64,000 bases of DNA, from NCBI GenBank assembly GCA_963796685.1, contig CAWCMR010000013.1:224001-288000 (forward strand), read 5' to 3'. A program made the translations under genes and the position numbers. This document shows, piece by piece, positions 25,166 to 36,043 of this stretch. Origin of the DNA: an uncultured delta proteobacterium (GTDB taxonomy: Bacteria; Myxococcota_A; Polyangia; Fen-1088). The notes beneath the pieces are model-generated. The model worked only from the letters and a program-made list of their open reading frames with translations. It had not been told where the DNA came from and did not search any database. Position 1 is the first letter of the stretch, and each line of letters opens with the position of its first letter.

Positions 25166-27318
25166 AGGCGGCCCGGGTGAATCATCCCTCCGGGCTCGAA
25201 GCCCTCGCCTGGCCGGCGGACACGCTCAGCCAGGCCATGGAGGCCATCGCGGAGCGCGTGTTGCCCAAGCAACGCCCGCGGCGTCTTTTCTCCGCGCCCC
25301 AAGGCATCGGCGAGGCCAGCGCCCTCGATCTAGCGCGCTGGCTGGAAGACGCGGGGGTTCGCCTCGGCGTCATCGTCGAGCCCAAGGAGCGGACGCTGCT
25401 GACCGCCGAGGCGCTGCTGGCCGAAGGCGGCCCCGTCTTGGTTGTCACGCCCACCGGACATGGGCGTCGTTTCTATGTTCTTCTCGGGCTCTGCGCGCGG
25501 GGTCGCCAGGTCGACCTGCTCGCGCCCAATCAGGGCGTGATTCGCGTCTTGACCACCGACGTGGATACCGTGCTTGCGGGGTCGCTGGATGTCCCCGTGC
25601 AGATCGCGGAGTTCTGCGCTCAGGCGGGCCTGTCCCAAGAGGGGGCACAAGCGGCGGAGCGCCTCTTGAACCCAGGAACCGGCACGAGCGAGCTTTGCTC
25701 GGGCTTCTCGTTCGCGCCGTCGGAGACGGGGTTTCCCGCAAGGTTCGCCGAGGCTGGCGGCGTGCGCGTCTTGGTGACGTCGATTGCGCTGTATGTGCTC
25801 ACCTTCGGACTCTTCATCGCCTCGTGGTGGCTGATCGGGTCGGCGGCCATGGAGGGCCATCTGTCGCGTGGCTGGCTTTGGGCGTGGGCCATCATGCTGC
25901 TCACCTTCGTGCTTTGCCGGGGCGCCGCGCTTTGGGGGGCGGGGCGCCTCGCGGTTCACGTCGGTGGGCTCACGCGCGAGCGTTTGCTGGCCGGGATCTT
26001 GCGACTGCCCTCCGACACTGTGCGCGCGCGCGGCGTGGGCAGTCTGCTAGGCGTCGTCCTGGACGCGGATGCTCTCGATGCACTGGCTCGGACGGGCGGT
26101 CCCACGTTGCTTGCCGACGTGGCCCAATGTCTGTGTGGCGTGATGGTGCTCATGGCCGGTGCCGCCCCGATTGCGCACGCTCTGTTCTTGTTGGTCTGGC
26201 TGCTCATCACGGCCTTTCTGGTTCGCCGACTCTACCGCCGCGTGGTCGCCTGGGCCGATGCGCGTCTGATGCTGACGGATGACCTGGTCGAAACCATGGT
26301 TGGCTATCGAACCATGGTGGCGCAGGTCCTGCCCGAGAACCGCCACCTCGGGGAGGATCGCGTGGTCGATGACTACGCTCGGAAGGAGGCCGCCATGGAT
26401 CGCGAGATGGCGAGGCTCGCGGTGCTGATTCCGCGCGGTTGGTTGATCGTGTCCATCGCGGCCCTGGCGCCCAGCTTCGCCGCCACGCGGGGCGGAACGC
26501 CCCTGGTGGCCGTCAGCCTGGGCGGAATTCTGCTCGTCTACCTCGCCCTCCGGCGCGTCGCGCTCGAAACCGGGCCTGGTCTGGCGTCCGCATTCGTGGC
26601 TTGGCGGGGCACGCAACCGATCACGGCCGCGGCGATCGTTCCAGAGCGGGCCGCCGAGCAGGTGGCGGTGCTGCCGACCGAGATCGACGACGCGACTCAG
26701 GGGCGGCGCGCCTTGCTGGTCGGCCGGGACGTCAGCTATCGCTATCCTGGGCGGCTCGAACCGGTTCTGCGCGGGGCCGACTTCGAGGTGAGACGCGGTG
26801 ATCGCGTCCTCGTCGAAGGCGCCTCGGGCTCCGGCAAATCAACGCTCGGGGCGCTGCTTTGCGGGGTTCGCCAGCCTTCGGGCGGGTTGCTCTTGCTGGG
26901 CGGGTTCGATCATCACAGCCTGCGCCCCGAACGGTGGCGGCAACGGGTGGCCAGCGTGCCGCAATCCCACGAGAATCACATCCTGTCCGCGCCCTTGCTC
27001 TTCAACATCGCCATGGCCAGGCGCTGGCCGCCGAGCAGCGATGACGTGGAGGAATTCGAGCAGATCTGCCAGGAGCTTGGGCTGGCGGGACTTCTGGCGC
27101 GCATGCCGGCCGGCATTCAGCAGATGGTGGGTGACAGCGGCTGGCAGCTCTCGCAGGGCGAGCGGGCCCGTGTGTGCATCGCGCGCGCGCTGGCGCAGCA
27201 AGCGGATGTGCGCGTGCTGGATGAGAGCTTTGCCACGCTCGACCCCGAGACCCTGGACCTCGTTCTCGAATGCATCTTGCGTCGCAGCGAAACGCTTCTC
27301 GTGGTTTCGCATGCCTAA
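25162..27318 (+). CDS. ABC transporter permease/ATP-binding protein (partner subunit)
   Basis: GTGA overlap; TMD; [22 protein letters not shown] and VSH. Confidence 0.9.
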   Translation: MKAARVNHPSGLEALAWPADTLSQAMEAIAERVLPKQRPRRLFSAPQGIGEASALDLARWLEDAGVRLGVIVEPKERTLLTAEALLAEGGPVLVVTPTGHGRRFYVLLGLCARGRQVDLLAPNQGVIRVLTTDVDTVLAGSLDVPVQIAEFCAQAGLSQEGAQAAERLLNPGTGTSELCSGFSFAPSETGFPARFAEAGGVRVLVTSIALYVLTFGLFIASWWLIGSAAMEGHLSRGWLWAWAIMLLTFVLCRGAALWGAGRLAVHVGGLTRERLLAGILRLPSDTVRARGVGSLLGVVLDADALDALARTGGPTLLADVAQCLCGVMVLMAGAAPIAHALFLLVWLLITAFLVRRLYRRVVAWADARLMLTDDLVETMVGYRTMVAQVLPENRHLGEDRVVDDYARKEAAMDREMARLAVLIPRGWLIVSIAALAPSFAATRGGTPLVAVSLGGILLVYLALRRVALETGPGLASAFVAWRGTQPITAAAIVPERAAEQVAVLPTEIDDATQGRRALLVGRDVSYRYPGRLEPVLRGADFEVRRGDRVLVEGASGSGKSTLGALLCGVRQPSGGLLLLGGFDHHSLRPERWRQRVASVPQSHENHILSAPLLFNIAMARRWPPSSDDVEEFEQICQELGLAGLLARMPAGIQQMVGDSGWQLSQGERARVCIARALAQQADVRVLDESFATLDPETLDLVLECILRRSETLLVVSHA

Positions 27319-27419
27319 AATGGGCCAACCGCACCGATGGGTTGACTATGGATGCCGGATGTAGGACATTAAGGCCTCAAAAAAACGTTGAGAAAATCGA
27401 TGGAAATGAGTGTGACCGA

Positions 27420-27689
27420 ATGGGTCTAGCCGTTGTCAAGAAAGCAGAAGTCGTCAAGAAGTTCGCCCGGAGCGAGTCCGACACGGGATCGCCTGAGGTT
27501 CAGATTGCCCTCTTGTCGGAACGTATCTCCTACCTGACGGATCACTTCAGGGTTCATGCCAAGGATCATCACTCGCGTCGCGGTCTGCTGATGCTCGTCA
27601 GCCAGCGGCGGCGCCTGCTCGATTACCTGAAGAAGAAGGACGTCAAGCGCTACCGGACGTTGATCCAGACGCTTGGCATTCGCAAGTAG
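27420..27689 (+). CDS. rpsO: 30S ribosomal protein S15
   Basis: [22 protein letters not shown] and LGIRK. Confidence 0.98.
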   Translation: MGLAVVKKAEVVKKFARSESDTGSPEVQIALLSERISYLTDHFRVHAKDHHSRRGLLMLVSQRRRLLDYLKKKDVKRYRTLIQTLGIRK

Positions 27690-27864
27690 AGGCGTTTCAA
27701 GAAAGCGGGCGGCCCATGTGCCGCCCGTCGTTTACTGGCGGAGGCCCCGGTGCCTGCGTTCATCCTTTTTCCCGCCGATCCGGCCAGCGTGCACGCGCGC
27801 CCTCGGATCCGCGAGACAAGGGACGAAGCCACGGGGGCTGAGGCGAAAATGAAGGAGACAAGAC

Positions 27865-29985
27865 ATGTTCGTTCGTGAAGGTGTACCCCTTGGTGGCAAG
27901 GAACTGAGTATCGAATTTGGTCGTATGGCCAAGCAGGCCGATGGATCCGTCGTGGTCCGCTACGGCGATTCCATGGTGCTGGTGACGGCGGTCGCTTCGG
28001 CGGGCGTCCGACCTGGCATCGATTTCATGCCTCTTACCGTGGACTATCTCGAGAAGACGTCCGCGGCGGGCAAGATTCCGGGTGGCTATTTCAAGCGGGA
28101 AGGGCGCATGACCGAGGTCGAGGTGCTGACCTCGCGGCTCATCGACCGTCCGTGCCGGCCGCTTTTCCCCAAGGGCTGGCGCTTCGACACCCAGGTCATC
28201 GCCATGGTGCTGTCGACCGATCGTGAAAACCTGACCGACGTGCTGGCCATGACCGGAGCCTCGGCGGCGCTGCACCTGTCGGACATTCCCTGGGCCGGCC
28301 CGTTCGCGGGAGTGCGTGTGGGGCGCGTGAACGGCGAGTTCATCGTCAATCCCACCGTGTCCCAGCGCGATGCCTCCGAGCTCGATCTGATCGTCGGGGC
28401 CAGCCGCGACGCCATCGTCATGGTCGAGGGAGGCGCGCAGCAGGTGTCCGAGGAAGTGATCGTGGATGCCTTGATGTTCGCGCACAAGGCGGCGCAGCCG
28501 CTCATCGATCTGCAAGAGAAGTTGCGCGCGGCGGTGGGCAAGACCAAGCGCGAGTTTGTGCCCCCGACGGTCGACCCGGCGATCGAGGCGCGCGTGTCGG
28601 AGTACGCGAAGGGGAAGATCGAGGCCGCCATGGCCATTCGCGAGAAGCTCGAGCGCTACGCCGCACTCGACAAGGCGGAAGGCGAGACGCTCGAAGCGCT
28701 CAAGGCCGAGTTCCCCGAGCGCGACGCCGAGATCAAGGAAGTCTTCGGCAAGGCCAAGAAGAAGAACCTGCGCGAGCTCGTCCTGACCACCGGCCGCCGC
28801 ATCGACGGCCGTGCCACCGATGAGATCCGTCCCATCACGTCCGAGGTCAGCCTGCTGCCACGCACGCACGGCTCGGCGCTGTTCACGCGCGGCGAAACCC
28901 AGTCGCTGGTGAGCGCCACGCTCGGAACGAAACAGGACGCCCAGCACATCGAAGGCCTCGGCGAGGAATTCGAGAAGACCTTCATGCTTCACTACAACTT
29001 CCCGCCGTTCTCGACCGGCGAGACCAAGCCGTTGCGTGGTGCCAGCCGTCGCGAAACCGGTCACGGCCACTTGGCCGAGCGTGCTTTGAAGGTGGTGCTG
29101 CCCGACGAGAAGACCTTCCCGTACACCATCCGCGTGGTGTCGGAAATTCTGGAGTCGAACGGGAGCTCGTCCATGGCTTCGGTGTGCGGCGGCGCGCTGG
29201 CCTTGATGGATGCCGGCGTTCCCATCAAGACGCCGGTCGGTGGCATCGCTATGGGGCTCATCAAGGAAGGCGACCGGGTGGCCGTGTTGTCCGACATCCT
29301 CGGCGACGAGGATCACCTGGGCGACATGGACTTCAAGATCTGCGGCACCAAGACCGGCGTGACCGCGGTGCAGATGGACATCAAGATCCAGGGCCTGACT
29401 CGCGCCATTCTCGAGCAGGCGCTGCAACAGGCGCAACGTGGCCGCTTCCACATCCTCGCCAAGATGGCCGAGGCGTTGGCCGCCCCACGCGAAGAGCTGA
29501 ACAAGTACGCGCCGCGCATCTTCACCATCAACATCAAGCCGGACAAGATCCGCGACATCATCGGACCGGGGGGCAAAACCATCCGCGGCATCACCGCGCA
29601 GACCGGCGTGGCCATCGATGTCGAGGACGACGGCACCGTGCACATCGCCTCGCCCGACGGGCTGCTGGCTCAGAAGGCCATCGACATCATCAAGGGTCTC
29701 ACCGCCGAGGCCGAGGTGGGCGAATTCTACATGGGGCAAGTCAAGCGTCTGGCGGAGTTCGGCTGCTTCGTCGAGATCCTGCCCGGCACCGACGGGTTGG
29801 TTCACATCAGCGAGCTCGACGAAAAGCGCGTGCGCCAGGTCGACGACATCTGCAAAGAGGGCGACGAGATGCTGGTGAAGGTCATCGGTGTCGACCGTGC
29901 CACGGGCAAGATTCGTCTGTCGCGCCGAGAAGCGCTCGGCAAGACCCCCGACATCGTACACAACTTCCGGACGTCTTCGGAGTAG
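27865..29985 (+). CDS. pnp: Polyribonucleotide nucleotidyltransferase
   Basis: [47 protein letters not shown] and S1 domains; AAGGAG RBS. Confidence 0.98.
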   Translation: MFVREGVPLGGKELSIEFGRMAKQADGSVVVRYGDSMVLVTAVASAGVRPGIDFMPLTVDYLEKTSAAGKIPGGYFKREGRMTEVEVLTSRLIDRPCRPLFPKGWRFDTQVIAMVLSTDRENLTDVLAMTGASAALHLSDIPWAGPFAGVRVGRVNGEFIVNPTVSQRDASELDLIVGASRDAIVMVEGGAQQVSEEVIVDALMFAHKAAQPLIDLQEKLRAAVGKTKREFVPPTVDPAIEARVSEYAKGKIEAAMAIREKLERYAALDKAEGETLEALKAEFPERDAEIKEVFGKAKKKNLRELVLTTGRRIDGRATDEIRPITSEVSLLPRTHGSALFTRGETQSLVSATLGTKQDAQHIEGLGEEFEKTFMLHYNFPPFSTGETKPLRGASRRETGHGHLAERALKVVLPDEKTFPYTIRVVSEILESNGSSSMASVCGGALALMDAGVPIKTPVGGIAMGLIKEGDRVAVLSDILGDEDHLGDMDFKICGTKTGVTAVQMDIKIQGLTRAILEQALQQAQRGRFHILAKMAEALAAPREELNKYAPRIFTINIKPDKIRDIIGPGGKTIRGITAQTGVAIDVEDDGTVHIASPDGLLAQKAIDIIKGLTAEAEVGEFYMGQVKRLAEFGCFVEILPGTDGLVHISELDEKRVRQVDDICKEGDEMLVKVIGVDRATGKIRLSRREALGKTPDIVHNFRTSSE

Positions 29986-30003
29986 AGAGAGCGCAGAGAA
30001 GCT

Positions 30004-30047
30004 GGAGAGCGCAGAGCGTCCGGGCTGATTCCGGCTCCGTGCTCTCC
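30004..30047. terminator. Hairpin between convergent pnp and anti-sigma genes
   Basis: GGAGAGCGCAGAGC / GCTCCGTGCTCTCC inverted repeat; no clear U-tract. Confidence 0.45.
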
Positions 30048-30070
30048 GTCTGTCTCCGTGGTGTCTGTCG

Positions 30071-31393
30071 TCACTTCATGCTGCCGCTGAGCGGGTCGTC
30101 GGAGGTCGTCTTCTTTCGTTTTGCCTCGAGCGTTCGCTGGTACGCGATGTTCGACTCGGACATCCGCGCTCGCCACCTTTGGACGTCCTTGTGATGGGGG
30201 AAGCGGTTGAGGAGTTCTCGGTATGCGGTAGCGGCAGCTCTCCAATCCTGGCTGGCGTAGAAGCGTTCGGCTTTGCGCAGGCTCTCCTCCAGTGATGGAC
30301 CTGGCGTGTTGCTGCTCCTGGCGTTCTTGTCCTTTGCCTCGTTGACCTGCTTGGCCTCCTTGGCCAAGTCGTCATCGGTCCCCTCTGCGGAGCCCGGGGC
30401 TTCCTCGTTCGATTGTCTCCACGCCTTGCGTTTGACCGCCGGAGGCTCGGAGGGAGGGGGCGTGCTCGTCGTGGATTCGGCAGGAGAGGTGCGCGCGCGG
30501 AGTGGGGCAGGTGCGCCGAAGCGCGCACTGGGCGGGGCTGGGGCGGGTGCGAGGCCACCCGAGGAGGCACCCGCAGAATGCTGTGGTGAGACCATGCTGG
30601 GCTTTGCCATATCATGGGTTGGCGGGAGGCTCTCCGTTTCCTTGATGCCGCCGAGCAAGTCGTCGACATCCTTGCTCGCCTTTGCGGCCGTTGGTCGCGG
30701 TGGTGGTGGCTCGGCGAAGCGCATGGGGGCGCCTGCGCCGGACTTGCCTTGGTCCAATCTCAATCCACCCAGGCCTGTGGTCGCCTTGCCCTTGCCGGAC
30801 GACGCCGTTGCGTGGCTCCAGGCGACGCCTCTCTTGGCAGAGGCCTTGTCTGCGCCGACCCGCGAGCCGATTGCTTTGGTCTCGGCGAGGTTGCTTGGGC
30901 GTTCTGTATGAGCCGTGGGCGCCATCATGTGCTGAGCAGCTGGTACTGTTTCGGGCGACGGCCCTTGCGGCAACGCCAGCGAACGCTCTTCAATCGAATG
31001 GGGGCGCTGCCCTGGCAACACTTCAGGGTTCTTGAGCACGCGAACCAGGAAGACGACGGTGGCAATCGAGGCCGCCCCGAAGGCCGGCAGGAACCAGGGC
31101 GTGCGCCACAGGCGAGCGAAAAAAGCAGGCTCATCGCGTGGCGCGGGCGACTTGGTCCTGGTCGCTGCCTTGGCTGCCTCGACAGCCGCGATGTGGATGC
31201 GCGCGGGCGGCCCCTCGTCGAGCGGTCCACCCAGGGCGACCCGGGCGCTGCCGAGGGTATGCTCGAAGCTCGCGACCTCGGCCTTGCACGCGGGGCAGCC
31301 GTCCAGGTGTGAAACGAACGACGCGTGCGCGTTCGGTGGCAGCTCGTCGTAGAGGAAATCGACCAGTTGCTCTTTGACCTGGGCGCAGTTCAT
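30071..31393 (-). CDS. zf-HC2 anti-sigma factor with TM, low-complexity linker and C-terminal TPR
   Basis: MNC...HLDGCPAC zinc motif; TM; 'AATAYRELLNRFP'; overlaps the sigma gene. Confidence 0.85.
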   Translation of the reverse strand: MNCAQVKEQLVDFLYDELPPNAHASFVSHLDGCPACKAEVASFEHTLGSARVALGGPLDEGPPARIHIAAVEAAKAATRTKSPAPRDEPAFFARLWRTPWFLPAFGAASIATVVFLVRVLKNPEVLPGQRPHSIEERSLALPQGPSPETVPAAQHMMAPTAHTERPSNLAETKAIGSRVGADKASAKRGVAWSHATASSGKGKATTGLGGLRLDQGKSGAGAPMRFAEPPPPRPTAAKASKDVDDLLGGIKETESLPPTHDMAKPSMVSPQHSAGASSGGLAPAPAPPSARFGAPAPLRARTSPAESTTSTPPPSEPPAVKRKAWRQSNEEAPGSAEGTDDDLAKEAKQVNEAKDKNARSSNTPGPSLEESLRKAERFYASQDWRAAATAYRELLNRFPHHKDVQRWRARMSESNIAYQRTLEAKRKKTTSDDPLSGSMK

Positions 31394-32001
31394 GGCGCAC
31401 TCCCCACGGCCGTGCTGCCGCTGTCATCGCGAAGCTCCTCCAGGGCGTCGCGCAGGCGTTCGAGGGCATAGCGCATGCGGCTTTTTACCGTGGGCTCGCT
31501 GGTCTTGGTGGCGGTCGCGATCTCTGCGAAAGACATGTCCATCACCTCGCGCATGAGGAACACCTCGCGCTGCTCGACTGGCAGGGTTGCGACCGCTTGG
31601 TCGACCAGGGATGCGATTTCGCGGTCCATGGCTGCCTTCTCCGCGTTGCCGTCGGGCGCCGCCACTTTGTCGATGCGATGGGGGCCGGACTCGTCGCGGG
31701 TGGCACCGGGCGTTCGATCCAGTGAATCGGCCCGGCGAAAGGCGCCGCGCCGGGCGTTGTCGGTGCAGAGGTTGCGCGCGATGGTGTAGAGCCAGGTCGT
31801 GACCTTGGCCGAGGGCTGCCATTCGGCCGCGCTCCTGACGACGCGCAAGAAGATCTCCTGCAGGAGATCCTCTGCCGTCGCCGAATCCGCCACGAATCGT
31901 CGCACGAAGCTCCACAAACGTCGCTCATGGCGTGCGACCAGCTCAGCGAATGCTGCGACGTCGCCTTGTTGATAGCGGGCCATGAGAGCCTCGTCCGTCA
32001 T
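31390..32001 (-). CDS. ECF RNA polymerase sigma factor
   Basis: DEALM..YQQGD..AF, AEDLLQE, WLYTIARN, QREVFLMRE and TVKSRMRYA. Confidence 0.95.
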   Translation of the reverse strand: MTDEALMARYQQGDVAAFAELVARHERRLWSFVRRFVADSATAEDLLQEIFLRVVRSAAEWQPSAKVTTWLYTIARNLCTDNARRGAFRRADSLDRTPGATRDESGPHRIDKVAAPDGNAEKAAMDREIASLVDQAVATLPVEQREVFLMREVMDMSFAEIATATKTSEPTVKSRMRYALERLRDALEELRDDSGSTAVGSAP

Positions 32002-32059
32002 GGTTTGGCCGACAGTCTACAGGCGACTGTCGGCCGGGGACAATGAGTTGCCGGTGAAA

Positions 32060-32392
32060 CGCGTGCGGAGCCTACGCTTCGCCGGCTCTGGCGGCAGCGG
32101 AGCATCGCGGGAGGGTTTGGGAACCCTCCCAGGGTTCCCAAGACAATAGCCGCGTGCGGAGCCTGCCGGCTCTGGCGGCAGCGGAGCATCGCGGGAGGGT
32201 TTGGGAACCCTCCGAGGGTTCCCAAGACAATAGCCGCGTGCGGAGCCTGCCGGCTCTGCCGGCAGCGGAGCATCGCGGGAGGGTTTGGGAACCCTCCCAG
32301 GGTTTCCAAGACAATAGCCGCGTGCGGAGCCTGCCGGCTCTGCCGGCAGCGGAGCATCGCGGGAGGGTTTGGGAACCCTCCCAGGGTTCCCA
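32060..32392 (+). repeat. Structured repeat family locus 4: tandem array of four units, 84-bp period
   Basis: Units start at 32060 (91 bp, 7-bp insert), 32151, 32235 and 32319; near-identical with a constant AGACAATAGC linker. Confidence 0.95.
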
Positions 32393-32401
32393 TCATGTAG
32401 A

Positions 32402-33403
32402 TTAGTAGCGCTGCCAGCCGGCCGGAGGCGCGGCGTAGCGACGCGGGGAAGACGGGAAGGGATCGGCGGTGCGGCGCAGCTCGGCGTCGGCCGGCCAGGG
32501 GTAGACGCCGTCGACGTTCACGCCCATGGCCACCAAGCCGTCGTGGTCGTTGTAGCGAACGCCTAGGACCGCCGCCGGCACGGACGGATTGGCACGCACG
32601 AACTCGACTTCTTGGATATGCGACGCAACCGCTTCGCCGAACTCGGTGCCCAGGCCCGGCCGTTCGCGACGGGTGGGGGCGTATCCGGCCGAGCCCGAGG
32701 CGGCGGCTTTGCCTTTCGCTGCGCCTGAGCCATGGCCGCCAATGCCGCTCTCGGCGAGGCCGTCGGTCGGCGCGGCCGCTGGTGCCGGCGCCTGGGCGCT
32801 GCGCTTGCTCTCGCTCGGCTCTCCCCGGTAGCCGAGCTCGCCGTCGCGGTAACCGTCGAAACAGCAGGGAGGAACCACGGGCAAGGGGCGTGGACGGTAG
32901 ACGCGTTCGGGGAAGACCGCCAAACCAATCACGCCGACCTCCCGTGCGTTGCCCGTGCGCGCGGCATAGGAGTCTGCCACCGACGAGAAGCGGAAGGCCG
33001 CGGCTTGTGATTGCGACAGCCTCCACCCGTCGATGTCCACCTGGCCCCAGGCCGGAACAAGGTAGCCGCGCTTGTGCTGGAAATCGCCAGCCTTGCCGTC
33101 AATGGCGTCGCGTCCGTCGACCGTCACCACCGCCTCGATGCGGTGGCTGGAGTGGTTCTGCACCCGAATCACGTAGCGCTCGCCGGTGTGGCCCAGGACA
33201 TAGCTCTCGCCGTCGTGCCAAAAGGTCGGGGCGGGCGCGCCGTCGACCAGAACCTGGATCTCGTACCCGGACATTCTTGCCCGCAGTGGACGGCTTTCGG
33301 CATTGCGTGCGGGCGTCGCGCAGGCAACCAACCCAGCGACGAGAATGGCGAAACGGGAAAGCCGCGGCAGCGCGATGGATGACCTGGTGATGTTCTTCTT
33401 CAT
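32402..33403 (-). CDS. Hypothetical lipoprotein
   Basis: GGAGG RBS, LVAC lipobox, 'GERYVIRVQN...VDGRDAIDG...FRFS...GVIG...GLGTEFGE'. Confidence 0.85.
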   Translation of the reverse strand: MKKNITRSSIALPRLSRFAILVAGLVACATPARNAESRPLRARMSGYEIQVLVDGAPAPTFWHDGESYVLGHTGERYVIRVQNHSSHRIEAVVTVDGRDAIDGKAGDFQHKRGYLVPAWGQVDIDGWRLSQSQAAAFRFSSVADSYAARTGNAREVGVIGLAVFPERVYRPRPLPVVPPCCFDGYRDGELGYRGEPSESKRSAQAPAPAAAPTDGLAESGIGGHGSGAAKGKAAASGSAGYAPTRRERPGLGTEFGEAVASHIQEVEFVRANPSVPAAVLGVRYNDHDGLVAMGVNVDGVYPWPADAELRRTADPFPSSPRRYAAPPAGWQRY

Positions 33404-33490
33404 GGCAACCTCCTGGATGGGTTGAACGCAGGGAGAAGAGAAAGGATCTGACGCGGGGGCGAGAATCGCCTGTGCTATACAAGCCCGCCA

Positions 33491-34504
33491 GTGTCAGACC
33501 CAACGCAGAAATCAGAAACGACCAAGCCAGGCGCCCTTCAGGTGGCCGGGACCGTCGCCATTTTGGGCCAGCCCAACGTGGGCAAGTCCACGCTGCTCAA
33601 CGCCATCGTGGGCGAGAAGCTCGCCATCGTGACGCCGAAGCCACAGACGACGCGCAACCGCATCGTGGGCGTGTGGAATGGCACCGCGACGACCGCCCTC
33701 GACGATCCGCGTGGACCGGGCCGTGAGGCGGGCGGGCAGATCGTCTTCGTGGACACGCCGGGGGTGCACGTGGCGCGCTCCCAGCTCAACCGCTTCATGG
33801 TGCGCGAGGCGATGGGGACGATCGATGGCGTGGACGCGGTCCTGATGGTCGTGGAGGCGCGCGAGAACGCCTCCGCGCTGTCTCCCTCGGCCAAGCTGCC
33901 GGAGGCCGAATCGTGGATCCTCGAGCGGCTGGTCGCGACGGGAAAGCCGGCCGTGCTGTGCCTGAACAAGGTCGACAAGGTGAAGGACAAGGGGCAGATC
34001 CTGCCGCTCATCGAGTGGTGGGGCAGGGCGGGCAAGTTCTCGGCGGTGGTCCCCACCTGCGCGACCCGCAAGAAGGGCCTGGAAGGCGTGGTCAAGGAGC
34101 TGCTTCGCCTGCTTCCCGAAGGCGCGCCGCTCTACGGCCCGGACGTGCTCACCGATCGGACCGAGCGCTTTCTCGCCGGCGAGTTGGTGCGCGAGCAACT
34201 GTTTTTGCGCCTGAAGCAAGAGCTGCCCTATGCCACCGCCGTGATGGTCGAGAACTGGCAAGAACGGGAGAAGGGCGACGTGGTGATCGACGCCAGCATC
34301 GTCGTGGATCGCGAAAGCCAAAAGGCCATCGTGGTGGGCAAGGGTGGCTCGATGATTCGCGACGTGGGCATGGCCGCGCGCAAGGAGATTACGGAGCTCG
34401 TCGGCCGGCCTGTGCACCTGCGCCTGAACGTCCGGGTCGAGGAGGGCTGGACGACTTCGCCGCGGGGGTTGGCGGAGCTCGGCTACGGCGAGGAGAAGGG
34501 CTGA
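33491..34504 (+). CDS. era: GTPase Era
   Basis: GQPNVGKST, KPQTTR, DTPG, NKVD, ELPYA and IVVGKGG (KH domain). Confidence 0.96.
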   Translation: MSDPTQKSETTKPGALQVAGTVAILGQPNVGKSTLLNAIVGEKLAIVTPKPQTTRNRIVGVWNGTATTALDDPRGPGREAGGQIVFVDTPGVHVARSQLNRFMVREAMGTIDGVDAVLMVVEARENASALSPSAKLPEAESWILERLVATGKPAVLCLNKVDKVKDKGQILPLIEWWGRAGKFSAVVPTCATRKKGLEGVVKELLRLLPEGAPLYGPDVLTDRTERFLAGELVREQLFLRLKQELPYATAVMVENWQEREKGDVVIDASIVVDRESQKAIVVGKGGSMIRDVGMAARKEITELVGRPVHLRLNVRVEEGWTTSPRGLAELGYGEEKG

Positions 34505-35913
34505 TGCAACGGCGTGGCTCGCGCGAGGAGATGCTCGCAGAAGGACTGCCCGTGCTCTCCCTCGTGGGCCGGCCCAACGTGGGCAAGTCGTCTCTGTTCA
34601 ATCGTCTGGTCGGCGGTCGGCCGGCCCTGGTCGAGGATATGCCCGGCGTGACACGAGATCGCCGCTATGGCTTGTGTACGTGGGGCGCGGCGCGCTTTCG
34701 CGTGGTCGATACCGGCGGTTTGGATCCCAATGCGGTGGGTATTTTGGCTGCCATGCGGTCGCAGACTCTGCGCGCGGTGGATGAAGCCACCGTGCTGGCG
34801 ATGGTGCTCGACGCGGCAGAGGGCGTGACCGCGGTCGACGAGGCGGTCGCGCAGCTTCTGCGCCGCACGGGCAAGCCGGTTCTGGTCGTGGTCAACAAGG
34901 TGGATTCCTCGCTGCGCGACTCGGCGCTGGCCGACGGATACGCGCTCGGTTTCGAGCACGTTCTCGGCGTCTCGGCCAGCCACGGGCGCGGCATCCGCGA
35001 GTTGCTCGACGCGGCCGTGGCCGCGATGGGCGGCGAATCCGCGGCGGCGGCTTCGCCCGATACCGGCGCGGTGCCGGCGTCGACCGCCGAGGCGCCCATT
35101 CGGCTCGCCTTCGTGGGCAAGCCCAATGCGGGCAAGTCCTCGCTGGTCAATCGCCTTCTGGGCGAGGAGCGCGTTCTCGTGCACGACCAGCCCGGCACGA
35201 CCCGCGACCCCATCGACACTCCCTTTCAGGTCGGTGGGCAGGAATTCGTTCTCGTCGACACCGCGGGCCTGCGCCGCCGTCGCGCCATCGACACCCAGAC
35301 CGAGGCGGTGGCGGCCAAGATGGCGCGCGATCAACTGGCGCGCGCCGATGTGGTGGCCCTGGTCATCGACGCCGGCCTGGGAGCGACCGCTGAAGATGCC
35401 AAGCTGGCCAGCTTCATCGAGGAATCCGGCCGTGCGGCCATCGTGATTCTCAACAAGATGGATCTCGTTCGCCGCGCCGAAACCGACAAGCGCATCGAGG
35501 CCGCGCGCGAAGTCCTGGATTTCGTGGCCTATGCGCCATTCTTGACCATGTCGGCCTTCACCGGTCGCGGGGTCGGCGCAATTCCGGAAGTGGCGGCGCG
35601 CGTCTTCGCGGAATGGTCGAGAAGGGTTCCGACCTCCGCGCTGAACAAGAATTTCGAAGGGATCGTGGCTCGCCGTCTGCCGCCGTCGGGCCCTGCGGGC
35701 AAACACCTCAAGCTATACTTCATCACCCAGGCCGACATCCGGCCGCCCACCTTCTTCGTCAGCACCAACCTGCCCAAGGCGGTCGGTCATCCCTATCGCC
35801 GCTATCTCGTGAATCAGCTTCGCCAGATCTACGGATTCGAAGGTGCCCCGCTGCGACTGGCCCTGCGCGCAAACCGCAGCAAGCGCAAGTCGCAGCCCAA
35901 ACCCAAGGAATAG
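34504..35913 (+). CDS. der: Ribosome biogenesis GTPase Der (EngA)
   Basis: Two G domains (GRPNVGKS, GKPNAGKSS), GVTRD, GTTRD and a KH-like tail. Confidence 0.96.
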   Translation: MQRRGSREEMLAEGLPVLSLVGRPNVGKSSLFNRLVGGRPALVEDMPGVTRDRRYGLCTWGAARFRVVDTGGLDPNAVGILAAMRSQTLRAVDEATVLAMVLDAAEGVTAVDEAVAQLLRRTGKPVLVVVNKVDSSLRDSALADGYALGFEHVLGVSASHGRGIRELLDAAVAAMGGESAAAASPDTGAVPASTAEAPIRLAFVGKPNAGKSSLVNRLLGEERVLVHDQPGTTRDPIDTPFQVGGQEFVLVDTAGLRRRRAIDTQTEAVAAKMARDQLARADVVALVIDAGLGATAEDAKLASFIEESGRAAIVILNKMDLVRRAETDKRIEAAREVLDFVAYAPFLTMSAFTGRGVGAIPEVAARVFAEWSRRVPTSALNKNFEGIVARRLPPSGPAGKHLKLYFITQADIRPPTFFVSTNLPKAVGHPYRRYLVNQLRQIYGFEGAPLRLALRANRSKRKSQPKPKE

Positions 35914-36043
35914 TCCGCTAGATTTTTTGCCGGGATTCGGGCCACAATACCCCAGCCCAAGCCCGCCCGCGACGGCGCGCCGCCGGCCAAGCCGGCGGGC
36001 TCCCCAAGCGGCTCGCCAACTGCAGAACCTAGAGGAGACCGAC

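Noticed and set aside
27760-29961. Long antisense ORF over pnp (and similar shadow ORFs over ftsH, glmM, purB and others)
   Set aside because: Typical high-GC codon-bias shadows of well-supported genes
32060-32392. CRISPR array
   Set aside because: Whole units repeat with no unique spacers, and no cas genes are present
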